NCBI GenBank assembly: GCA_002633005.1
Contig: NMRA01000167.1
Coordinates: 325,785 to 363,167 of the forward strand
Source of the DNA: Phoronis australis
Taxonomy: Eukaryota; Animalia; Phoronida
DNA: 37,383 nucleotides
Direction of reading: 5' to 3'
Shown one piece after another: positions 23,855-34,230 of the stretch. The notes beneath the pieces were generated by a model, which worked only from the letters and a program-made list of their open reading frames with translations, searched no databases and had not been told where the DNA came from. The stretch's first letter is position 1, and each line of letters begins with the position of its first letter. The position numbers and the translations under genes are program-made.

Positions 23855-24655
23855 TAGACCACATTCCTTTATTTGTTCGGTGGTTCATGATATTTTCGTT
23901 TATTGCAATTTTGATAAAATGGTATCGCTTAAGCCTGTGCTTGAGAAACATTCAGTGCTAAAATTCACTCATGGAACATGTTTGAATAAGATACATTTTC
24001 TACATTTTCTTTTATGTAACTCAGACTCAAGATTGAGCAAGCCATTTTATCACAAGCCTACTGTCAAAGGTATTTGTCTCAATGCTGACAGTGACTGTCC
24101 AGAGCGTTATAAGATACAGTAGCTGTTTTAGTCAATACCTTAAAGAGGGCTCACACTGTTTTGTCTGACTGGAACATGTTTATTCGTGAAATTCAACATG
24201 TAAAGCAACCACTAATAAGTAGAGTCTAATGGGTACACAAATTCATTTGTGGGTAAGCATATTACTCGGTTTGTCTCAAAAGTTGAACACAATTATCATG
24301 TACAAACTTTTATTGGCAAGGTTAAAAGACTTTACAACAAAAACTTAGTTCAAAATTATGTACAGGACGAGCAAATTCTAAAGAACCTAACCAAAGACAA
24401 GCTAGATGTAATTATTTATTACAAGAATATGAAGACCTCTAATTTAGTGATGAAAAATAATATTACTCTTGAGAATGTTCGCACTTTTGCTAGATGTAAT
24501 GTTGTTTATGAGTTCACTTGTCCCGCGGTCGAATGTTTTCGTCCTCACGAGAAACAAAATTACATTGGACACATACATGTACACTTCTCCTTGAGGCGAT
24601 GACTTTCAATGCATTTGCAAAATGGCTCTATAAAAGACCATTTTCATTTGGTGTG
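23855..24655 (+). mobile_element. Penelope-like element remnant (RT C-terminal half + GIY-YIG endonuclease)
   Basis: VHDIFV (decayed YVDDIF), SVLKFT, IHFL..FYHKPT..GICLNADSDCPERYK, LKRAHTVLSDW..F..EI, IIYYKNMKTSNLVMKNN, NVVYEFTCP..EC....NYIG, LSMHLQNGSIKDH, with frameshifts and stops. Confidence 0.85.
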
Positions 24656-24667
24656 CACAGTTTCCCT

Positions 24668-26799
24668 TTAATTTTCATATCTGGGGTCTGGTCGAACGCC
24701 GGCTTTAGAATAAATGTTTCCGAAGAAGGAAATTTCAGGAACCTTGATCATACATTTGTTTGGGTTGAACACAAGGCCCACCTTGCGAGCTCTCTGCATC
24801 AGCGCATGAAGATTGTCGTCGTGCTCATGATCAGTGCTGCCAATTACTGTGATGTCATCCGCTATAGATATGACACCCTGTAAACCTGCAAGTATTTCGT
24901 CCATGGCTGCTTGAAACTGATCTTGACTTGTTCGCAAGCCAAAAGGAAGTCGCTGGAAACAAAAACGGCCAAATGGGCTATTAAATGTGGTAAGGAGCTG
25001 GCTCTCTGCATCGAGTTGGACAGACCAGTACCCGGATTTGGCGTCGAGCTTGGAAAACACAGTTGCGCCTGTGAATTTGTGCGTTGTTTCTTCCAAGGTA
25101 GGGATGTAATGCTGTCCCCATTTTAAAGCTAAGTACAGGTCCTTGGGGTCAAGGCATATACGCAAACTGCCATCTGCTTTTTGGACATAGGTGATGCTAG
25201 ATACCCAGTCAGTGGGTTCATCTATCTTCCGGATGACACCAAGGGTCTTCATCCGGTTTAATTCTTCCTTGATTTTATCTCTTTGCTGTACAGGCGCTCA
25301 TCTGGGTGGATGTTTCACCGGTTTAGCATTGTCGATGAGGGTGAGTTTACATGATTTTGCAAACTTCCCTATCCCGTCAAATCTGTCAGAATAACATCGC
25401 CTGAGGTCTTTGTTATTGTTGATGATCTGTCTTGGCGGTACAGACTGTACGGAAGATTGACAGTGATGAGACCAAGGGTTTGACACAACTGTTTACCAAA
25501 CAAAATTGGTCCTTTCACGTCAGTTACTAAGACGTCAAACTGATGCCAATCGCTGTTGCCCCATTTGCATTGGAATGAGATTTTTCCTAGGTTGGAAAAT
25601 GGAACTGCCACCGTAAGCGAACATTCGGATGTTGGACGGCTCCGTTCTTGTGGGCTTACCATCGGCGATTTCCCTGGGAACATGCGGATGTAGCTATCAA
25701 GGGGCATGACATTGCCACTGGCTCCGTTGTCAAGTTTTCCCCGCAGGCCAACGTTCTTTAATGTTGGATGAATAATTCTGATGACTGCAAAATCTTCGTC
25801 GCCCGAGGGTGTATTGATGGCATCAAAAGATAAATGGTCAAAACTCAGCTCTTCAAACTCAGTCGCGTGCATATGCATTCCTTGCCTTTTATGGTAGTGG
25901 TGTCGCTGCGGGGGACGTTGTTGCTGTTGTTGTTGTTTTTGATGTCCATGTCTTTGTTGTCGTTGTTGCTGAGGATGTTTTTTACTGTACTGCTTGTTTT
26001 CACTTTTTTTTAGTCTGCACACTGCACTCCAGTGCCCTGGTTTCTTGCAGTAATTGCATTCTTGACCTTCGGCTGGGCATGTCTCAGCGGGCGCATGGCT
26101 GGGATACCCACACTTATCGCACGTTGCTGAATAATGTGGTTTATGAACTGGTCGCCTGCTAGGCTGCCGGCGCACTGCATGGACCTCGTCTTGTCGACCT
26201 ATTTGCAACATCTGTGCCTGAGTTGTTTCATACGTTCTCGCAATGTCGAGTGCCTTTCAAGGGTTAAACTATCAGGGTCACGCTCAAGAATCTGCTTCTG
26301 CACCTGTTTATTGTATGCACCTTGTATGATATGGTCGAGTATTGAGTCGTCAATTGCTTCGCGGTCGCGGAAATTGCATTTGTCTGCTTGCATGCGCAAT
26401 CGGGCAACATAATCATCAATGGGCTCTGACCCCCCCATGTGTCATCTCCCGCAGTTGGAATTGACAAAGACAGAAACTGGATTTTGGTTCAAAATGCTTC
26501 TCAAATTTGGACCAAACGTCTCCTGGATTTTGCTTTTGGTCTGCAGTGAGGTCAGTCCAGCTGTCAAAAAGTTGGAGAGTTTTACGTCCCATCCATAATA
26601 GTATATAGTTAACTTTAGTAGCTGCCGGTTGGTTAGCATACATTGGCGTACTTAAAATAACCTCACAGTAGCGTTTTAAGTTCTTAAACTCTTGAGGTAA
26701 ATTGCCATCAGTCCAGTTGAACTTAGGAAGCTGAATGCCAATCAGGTCATTGCCCATCACCATTTGCTGGGGAGCTGGGGCTTGTGCACTTTCTGCCAT
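24668..26799 (-). pseudogene. Gypsy gag-pro-RT polyprotein, disrupted
   Basis: ORF pieces 26799-26416, 26438-26199, 26211-25369, 25486-25298 and 25252-24668 join through about 3 frameshifts and one in-frame TGA (25298-25300; PPR*APVQQRDKIKEELNRM). Knuckles CDKCGYPSHAPAETC and CNYCKKPGHWSAVC, followed by a Q/H-rich linker. Confidence 0.9.
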
Positions 26800-27024
26800 G
26801 TCTCACTTGTTTATGTATAAAATTGGAAAGGACTCACCAGCTGGGACTCGTTTGTGTGAAAGCCAGACGAGTAAACACAATTGAACACTGCACTGCAGGA
26901 TCAGGTCACAGCTGCCACTGGCACTGTTGGTTGCTGGTTGTACAATAAATGTGTTGAATTCTCCACTGGAGGTAAATGTCCTTTAAATTGCCATGTCTCT
27001 GGGTTCTCTGTTGTGTTTCACACA

Positions 27025-27035
27025 CGCTGCCACCA
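27025..27035 (-). promoter_or_regulatory. Primer binding site, tRNA-Leu(AAG/TAG) type
   Basis: TGGTGGCAGCG directly follows the LTR end (...TAACA) and is complementary to the ...CGCTGCCA-CCA 3' end of animal tRNA-Leu (recalled, not searched). Confidence 0.75.
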
Positions 27036-27250
27036 TGTTATATTATGGATGGCTGTAGTAGACATTAGATAAACATAGATTAGCTAGCATCGTCAGTGTA
27101 CATTTGGCTTATTCCAATATGGCTCAGACCGGAAGACAAGGAAGAGAGAGTGAGCTCTCTAGTACAGGAAACATGATTTGAACATAGAGTATATCATTAT
27201 AATCCATAGATACTGGTAGAGTCCACAGAGGATATTGCAATATTATGACA
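27036..27250 (-). repeat. 5' LTR (215 bp)
   Basis: Minus strand begins TGTCATAATA and ends ATAATATAACA (TG...CA with an imperfect terminal inverted repeat), abutting the PBS. Confidence 0.8.
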
Positions 27251-30200
27251 TATTCCTCCAAAAATCTTGTAAAAATTTAATAATTGACCTTCCAAAAAAT
27301 TATATGCAGATGTACATTCATTTTAAGTTCCTTGTCCATAGGAAAGCCGTGCCATGTGTGCGGGAAGAAAGCTTAGGTGAAACCAAGACTGCGTCGATTT
27401 TATTACCGGATATACCGATTGCTGATTTACTCACGTGAGATTTTGGCAAACGAAAAACGCATATCTTTAGATTGAATGCGATACCAGACCCACGCAGTCT
27501 ATCTAATACTTAAACCAAGTTAGTGTCATGTTTTGCAACACTTTCACTGTGGATGATAACACAATTTCACACCCCGTGCAACTCTGGAGTACAGTGTATA
27601 TCCTAGATGATCTTTTGGTACCTTTCAGGAGCCAAACAAATCCAAAAGTTCAAGCTGTTGTTCCAAAAATACCCCCGTCACAGGTGACAGTAGCGATGAC
27701 TCTGGACGTCTCACAGAACTGTATTTGGTGGAAATCTCATTTCAAGTCCAACTGACGCGCCATTGAGTTTTTTTTTATTACAGCAGGGGCTGACATTTCC
27801 CAACGAAAACAGAAAACGTGCTTCTTCAAGTTTCCCCAGTTTGCTCACAAGTTTTAAAATAACCACAGAGCTTAAGTTTGACCCTATCCATATAGGGTTT
27901 CACATGTCCTTCCGCTAACTTAGTTTGTGAACACAAGATTTTCTCGTGGTTGAGACGATCGCAAGAATCATAGTGAACAGTTAACGTTTAATGGCCTCAT
28001 CCCAGCACCCGACCACACGCCGTCACGGAAGCCTCACCAAGGTGCGCTAAGCTAAACCCTTCACTTAACTGCCCTAGTGTCGCAACAGACTGTGGCATAG
28101 TTTCCCCAGGCTTCTGGTGCCGCATCAAAAATTGCGTCTCTAAACAATTTCACTGGGCAGTGGAGCACAGTGTCCGCGTCAAACTGCACAGCCACACGGC
28201 TGAACTAATGCCCTTAAAGTGTGGTATGCTTGCGTATCCATCCATTGCTCGCCGCTTCTTAATGTCATCTTCCATGTCATTAGCCACGTCAACATTTCGA
28301 TGCATTCTTTGAAACAGATGTTCTTTTCAAAATGAGGTATATTTTCATAAATGCAAAGCCACGACAGATCGTAAATCATAAATCACGATAATTTAACAGG
28401 GCAATTTTGGAATGGGTTGTTGACTGCATATTCTAGGAAGATTTCTTGGTGCCTGATGGAACTGGAAAAAAAATGTTATCCTAAAAGTAAATAAGCAATT
28501 GATTATGTTTGAGTTTGTAAAAGAATTTTAGACAAACTTGCTTAAATATGTCGAATGTGAGTGTTGGCAAGTCACAAGAGGAGTTGATATCTTTTAAGAG
28601 TGCTTTATTGAGAGGCGTGCAACATTACTCATTGACATTCTCACAGTTCTTCTCTGTTTCAGTTCTAAAAATAAAAAAAACAAAATGCATAGCAAACCTC
28701 ACAGATACAGACAAAATGCAAATTCGGCAATAGAAAATACGAAAATACCATGAAAAATACCTCAATATTACCGTTCTCTGGCTCTCCTCAATGACGCCAA
28801 ATATGCACTGCCACAATGTGAGTAAATCGAGTCAGCGCACAACACATCATACTCAAATGAGGGTCAGGTCACATGCAAATTACATTCAGTCTATTCAGCC
28901 ATAAATATACACGTGACCATGAGCCAGCCGGAGCAAACAAACGTGAAGTATCTTACATCGGATCTCTGAATACCGTCTTTCACTCGATCACATCAAGCTG
29001 CCTTCGAGTGGCGACAAAAATGTCAAAAAACACCAAATTCGCAATTTGAAGGAGGTCGTTTATGACGTTCATGGCAGACAGCCCTCTTACTTTTCCTCAT
29101 GTCTCACGGTCGCTCCTGAAGCATTTCCGAAGCTCTTTTTGCGCGCATACGAATGTTGTTTGAGTCTGAAAATTGCCAGCAAGTAGAAATCCAACCCACG
29201 ACCAACGAGTGACGAACAGGATCTATCCAACCGCAGTAACATTACACTCAGTTTCAGTCACAACATTATTAAACCTAGACTACACTGTTTACTCGACTCG
29301 AGCACAACAATTACTATCAAAATCAGTGCGTAACTTCCCCCACGGAATGGCTTCATTTAATTCTAAGCGTAAGCCTGTTCAGATCATACACTGAGTAATA
29401 TCGTTATCAAAATGTTCAAGAAACGACTAAATTACCTGGTTAAGGCTAACTTCTCTTTTCGCAGAAGTACCGGAAACAGCTGACTATTTGGCATGAGTTG
29501 TCAAAAGGTCAAACCACAAAGCATTATGGGTAACATTATTTCGTTTTGATCACACAGATTTTAAGAAAATAACAAGGAAAAGAAAAAACATGCACTGGCA
29601 GTAGATCGACCTCATACATACGAAAAGATTTAATTAAGTATCAGAGAGTATGTTTAAATGCAGATTCGCTATGTTTTTAAAACAGATCATTTATATTAAT
29701 TTATTGTGACTTTAACGAAGCCATTAACGTTCCGGCTACAAAACTTTAACACACACCGTAGAGGGCCTTGGCGGGTCTCCTAGCCGGCCGTATTGCACTC
29801 GACAGAAGGGATTAAATTTGTATATGACGTTTTACGCTATTCGATTTGTTTTCAGGTAATTCGTGTCTCAGGTCATGTTCTACGACGAAAGCCTACGTCT
29901 GTGGAAGTAACGCTCGAACGTATCTCAACATTTGTCATCTTCAAGAGGCTTCATGTAAATCACCTAGAACCATTGGAGTGTCTTATAATCATGCTTGTAC
30001 GTATATGTAATGATTTTTTCCTTCTGTGACCTGTTTCCGTTAAAACAAACGCTTATATTTTTCGGTAGTCGTGCTTCACTAAGTAGTTTCATCCGACTAC
30101 TAAGTTAAATATCAGGTGAATTTCATGAGACACAATCAACTAATTACAACGAATTGAGCGTTCTCGACAACCAATGGCTGCAGTTATCATGAGAATGGCG

Positions 30201-30585
30201 GTTATTGTAGATGGATTTGCACTCACGTGATAATATCGTCGGGTCTGGACCACGTAAGTCATGTCTTAAATCAGAAAGTGGGTATATTGACCTACTAAGC
30301 GATTCATAATCGTGTCGTTCGCTTTACTTATAAAATCTCATGCATCCAACGTGTGTTTTCCTTCCCGTATCATATTCAACTGTATTGACAGTATCCAACG
30401 TTATGTTACTGGACAGCACAGTGGTCAGTGACAGCCGATGTGACGACGGAATTCCGCTCTATGTTACTGTAAACTGTGAAGCGAGTCATTGCCAGCGTGT
30501 CTGCAAAGAGTCAATTGTCTGTGTTGGTACAGCCGAGTACCAATTCCCATACTAAAAGAAAAAAGTTGAGTTTCAATTGAGATTC

Positions 30586-32014
30586 AATAGAAAATTTCAG
30601 CCGAAAATGAAAGAAACTTTGGAAGTTGAACTGCATGGGAAAAATACAAAACGTACCTCGATTGGCGTACGTGAACTATAATATCCCACTCGATATTATT
30701 CCGCAGAATAATGACTCGTGCGATATTACTTCTTATCCCACATGTATGAAAATATGGCCATTATACATGTATATGTGACGTTTTCAACTGTGATATACGG
30801 GAATGTAGAGCCAATACGTATATCACGGTAGAAGCCGTATTTCACGGTTGGTGAGCAATCGTGTGGTGGAGTAAATTCGCGTGTACAACGCCAAATTTTA
30901 TTGCGCTCAACCATTTGGGTTACGTTGATCGTTAATTCAAGGCATCGTTCCTGAAAAAGCAGTTTTACTGCCCTAAAAATAGAAAAGATGTGCCGATGGA
31001 AATTCCGACGTATGGTGATTAGGCGGTTATTATTGGGCCTCGCTAAAGTTTCAATCTCGGTCATCATACATGTACATGCAAATAGGTCAAACTGAATAAG
31101 GTCACCGGCTAGTAAAATCTGCCAAAATCTAAATCAAATCTAACAAAAACGGATGCATACAGTTTATCTAGCCTGGCATATAAGGTCTTTACAGGAAATC
31201 AAGACCTAATAACGACTATGTGTTTTTTAATGAAGCGACCGTCTGCTCGCAGCGTTCAACTCTTCGTCACCGGCCGTGGCATTAAAACTTCTGCTTTGCG
31301 ATAGTTCTTATCTCAAGTACTGCAAATCAGCACAATTCCCACCGTTATTTTCCAATGCTGTGATAAACACGGGAAATGTTTCTATTGGTATGTACAGTCC
31401 AGAAGGTAAGACACGAAAATAGACCAAGAAAACTAAGAAATTGATCGAAGCTGACAAGATGTTGCAGACAACGCAGTTCAGGGAATGCTTTAATTTTCAT
31501 ATTCCCGGATGGACTCAGGTTTCTAAGTTTCCTACAAACTTTTAATATTGTTGAATAGTTCAATGCTTTAACTTGTATATTTCACAATCTAAAAATTCCG
31601 ATGAATTTATATCGAAATAAAACTTTACTGGTTATTCAACACTTTCACGAGTAGCTTAACGAGTTTTGATACTTGGTATACATATGTCGTCATATACAAG
31701 CCAGATCACACGGCAACAAGGTATTGCCACGATGCAGATAAGTCCAAATGTATGCTTCTCGTTGAGACATTCCCAGATGAAATGAATTCTCGATGGGATG
31801 TGGCAGTAGTATTCCTATGTAAGTGTTATAACCTACATTATATATATACGCCACTCTCGGTACGTGTCGACCTCGACCTTCGGTTCCGGTCGACACGCGG
31901 AATAATGTCGAGTGAGATAATACTTCGTGTACGCCAATCGAGGTAAGTTTTGTATTTAACCTATACGCCGCGAATTCCTCAGTTTCTTTTATTTGTTTTG
32001 CAGATTTTTCAATT
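30586..32014. repeat. Diverged ~120-bp inverted repeat pair (30586-30704 vs 31897-32014) enclosing ~1.2 kb
   Basis: AAATACAAAACGTACCTCGATTGGCGTAC...CACTCGATATTATTCCGC on plus matches AAATACAAAACTTACCTCGATTGGCGTAC...CACTCGACATTATTCCGC on minus. Confidence 0.75.
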
Positions 32015-32444
32015 ACTTCACTCAACCTGTTCACGTGGCTAATCACATCCTCTATGTATGTACTTGCACGTTAGGTTGCAAGTTTTTTCCAGTAAAAGAA
32101 ACAGTTAAATGTGACGATTTGTTACTTGAAAAGAGATAACAAAGATGAAAACAACGGTATCTGTGCACTGAACTTCTAATATATCCTGAAAATATTTAAA
32201 TAACAACAGTACTTGATATTGTAGTTACCGAGCAATCGGCGCCTGAGTTGCAGACGGTATAGTATTTAGCAAATGAAATCCGAGACAGCACTGTCATATA
32301 TTTCACAATCCTGTTCCAGACGTTACGTTTAAGACCTGATTGCATGTTGGGTGTAATTTACACTGTTAGAGTTGCATTACATAAACTATTTTCCAAAAGT
32401 TTGATGATCTAACCGGATAACGACATCGAGTCAAAATAGCCCTA

Positions 32445-33338
32445 CCTTTAAACTTTCCATGTCAGAGGTCGCTGTTGAAGTAGTGCAGGAGGTGAATACG
32501 GAAGACATATATTTTTATGAGTTTACAATTGATAGCAAAATTGTTTCATGAAATAAACTGACTTTAAAAATAGCTGTTCCTTTTCAACGGCTTTGCTTGT
32601 TGTCTCCGATATAGAAAGTAGGCTTTGACAACAGATCTGCACTGGATGTGAAGATCTTGCTGGTTAGCTGCAGTCAAATGCTTAGAACCAATTTTTGTCC
32701 ATCCAGGGACGGTGCAGAAGCGATGCATGTCTCCTCTGCACGGTACTAGACCTCAAACCTAAAAACCAAAGGTAAAGTGAAAATAGACATGATAGATTTC
32801 CACTTCAACGTGTAATAGGTTTCCGGAAGACATAGGATAGGGAGTAAACAAATAGTCGCATGGATATTTGTCACGTACCCTTCGCCATTGGGCTTGGATT
32901 GTAATCTTAACTCACTAACCAGTATCGAGTTGACAGCATAAACATTCAGCATTGATTGATGTAACTGTCACTAATAAACCTGTTAAAATCATTCCAAACA
33001 ATAATACTGCTTTGATGTACGAAAATATCCCGAGTGCTACGTCAAGTATCGTAACACACATCACTACAAAGATTAACCCGACTGGCGACTGCCGCGAAGT
33101 CGACATCGACGATTACCTCCGTTAACAGGCATCAGTAGAATAAATATGGAATAAAGGTTAAAATAATCACAAACCTTACCTTTGTATTAGGGTATGCTTA
33201 CTTCCTCTCATAGAAACCCCCTTTTCACGCAATCTCAGATTCAATTGGCACGGCTGCAAGCCATTTCACTATGTATTTAAAGGGCTGGCGAAATCGCGGA
33301 TGCTCATCTATCACCACTAGTACACACGCGCCGACTAG
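32445..33338 (-). pseudogene. Dispersed repeat copy 2: decayed intron-containing SAP-domain gene, probably the YqaJ-type second gene of an ISL2EU-like transposon
   Basis: Exon QLNLRLREKGVSMRGSKHTLIQR ends at AG|GTAAG (33180/33179). A polypyrimidine-TAG acceptor at 32759 continues FEV*Y, then frameshifted GWTK..VKAYFLYR..SKAVEK..FLKS. The YqaJ domain itself is not visible. Confidence 0.4.
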
Positions 33339-33930
33339 GTGAGCATTCGTGAAAACCAGACAGGAACTCGTTCATGAGTTTTATGATATCATCAGTTACC
33401 GCCAGACAGGCGACAACCTTACGGGCAATCTGTGGGATATCTGAATCGACATCCTTTGCTCTTGGTAGTACCGCATAACCTCGGCTTCTCATGCCTCTGC
33501 AGAGGCTTTAAGGGTGACGTTCAAACACGTTGCCTTCGGTTCCTTACGTGGCGTCATAGAAAGCCCTTCATTTGCAAGTGGCGTTGGGTGTTTTGCCCTC
33601 TTTAGAAGATTCCTCGTTGGAGATGAACGGATCACTCTCGGGGTTCATAGGGAACATTTCTAACTGTAGCTGCCTCTCCTCAATTTATTACACAAGAGAT
33701 TTCTTGACAGTTGACGTAAGTTTCACCGTCATATCGTAAGAAACGTTTTACTCTTGGAAGAGGAGCTAGGAGCATAATAAACACTTAAAGGAGAATGCCA
33801 CCCGATTTAATTAGTCTTTTTACCGTCTTGATCGGTCTATGTACACATCGCCTCATATACGGTAGACCTCACCTTGCCGAGAGGCGTCACGTTAACCTAT
33901 GAGGAAGGTGAGAAGCGACGCAGCGACGTT

Positions 33931-34097
33931 TTCGACTTTCTCGAGAGCCCGAAATGCTTAGGAAGTGGCTCGCGGTAGTGAAGAATGAAATGTACGCTGT
34001 TAATAGCAAGTATGAGGCCGTGAAATATCACCGTGTGTTAGGCCGGCATTTCGTCGACAGTGTTTTCTCTGACGAATTCCGGCTTACCAAAGAACTA
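33931..34097 (+). pseudogene. THAP-domain remnant (transposase N-terminus)
   Basis: FRLSREPEMLRKWLAVVKNE...KYHRVLGRHFVDSVF matches the THAP pattern F.FP.D....KW...V....RVCS.HF...F with the Cys lost. Confidence 0.65.
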
Positions 34098-34230
34098 TCC
34101 ATACGTTCCGTTGCCCATGCATGTTCACGGCGCCTCTCTAGTATTTCTTGATCAGTGTATTCCGGTTCGAACCGATAGCCTGTGAAACCTAAAGATCCGA
34201 CCCGAGAAGTCTTTGTCGGATGAGCTCCTG
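34098..34230 (-). pseudogene. N-terminal remnant of a KolX / P2X7-ballast (nanor)-like accessory protein
   Basis: GYRFEPEYTDQEILERRRE (GYRFEPEY at 34180-34157) resembles the PY.FEPE N-terminal motif of these proteins. The Cys-rich core is absent. Confidence 0.5.

Larger units (their letters stand above)
24668..27250 (-). mobile_element. 3'-truncated Ty3/Gypsy (Mag-like) LTR retrotransposon: 5' LTR, PBS, gag, protease, RT; RNase H, integrase and 3' LTR absent
   Basis: LTR 27250-27036, PBS 27035-27025, gag ATG at 26799, zinc knuckles, LDNGAS protease motif, and RT motifs LRICLD, FSKLDAKSGYW, RLPFGL, IADDI. Similarity ends at GVRPDP (~24680). Confidence 0.95.

Noticed and set aside
20245-25252. 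Several nearby RT fragments as one multi-RT, retron or DGR-like system
   Set aside because: They belong to three unrelated eukaryotic retroelement classes (LINE, Penelope, Gypsy), lie on different strands and are independently decayed.
30726-32046. 113-aa and 118-aa minus-strand ORFs
   Set aside because: No recognisable domains; one reads straight through the non-coding inverted-repeat arm.
32915-33106. Hydrophobic 63-aa ORF resembling a two-helix membrane protein
   Set aside because: It lies within the predicted T-rich intron of the SAP-like remnant; base composition explains the hydrophobicity.
33304-33700. Stop-poor minus-strand stretch next to the Kolobok
   Set aside because: Several in-frame stops and no identifiable motif; a call cannot be supported.
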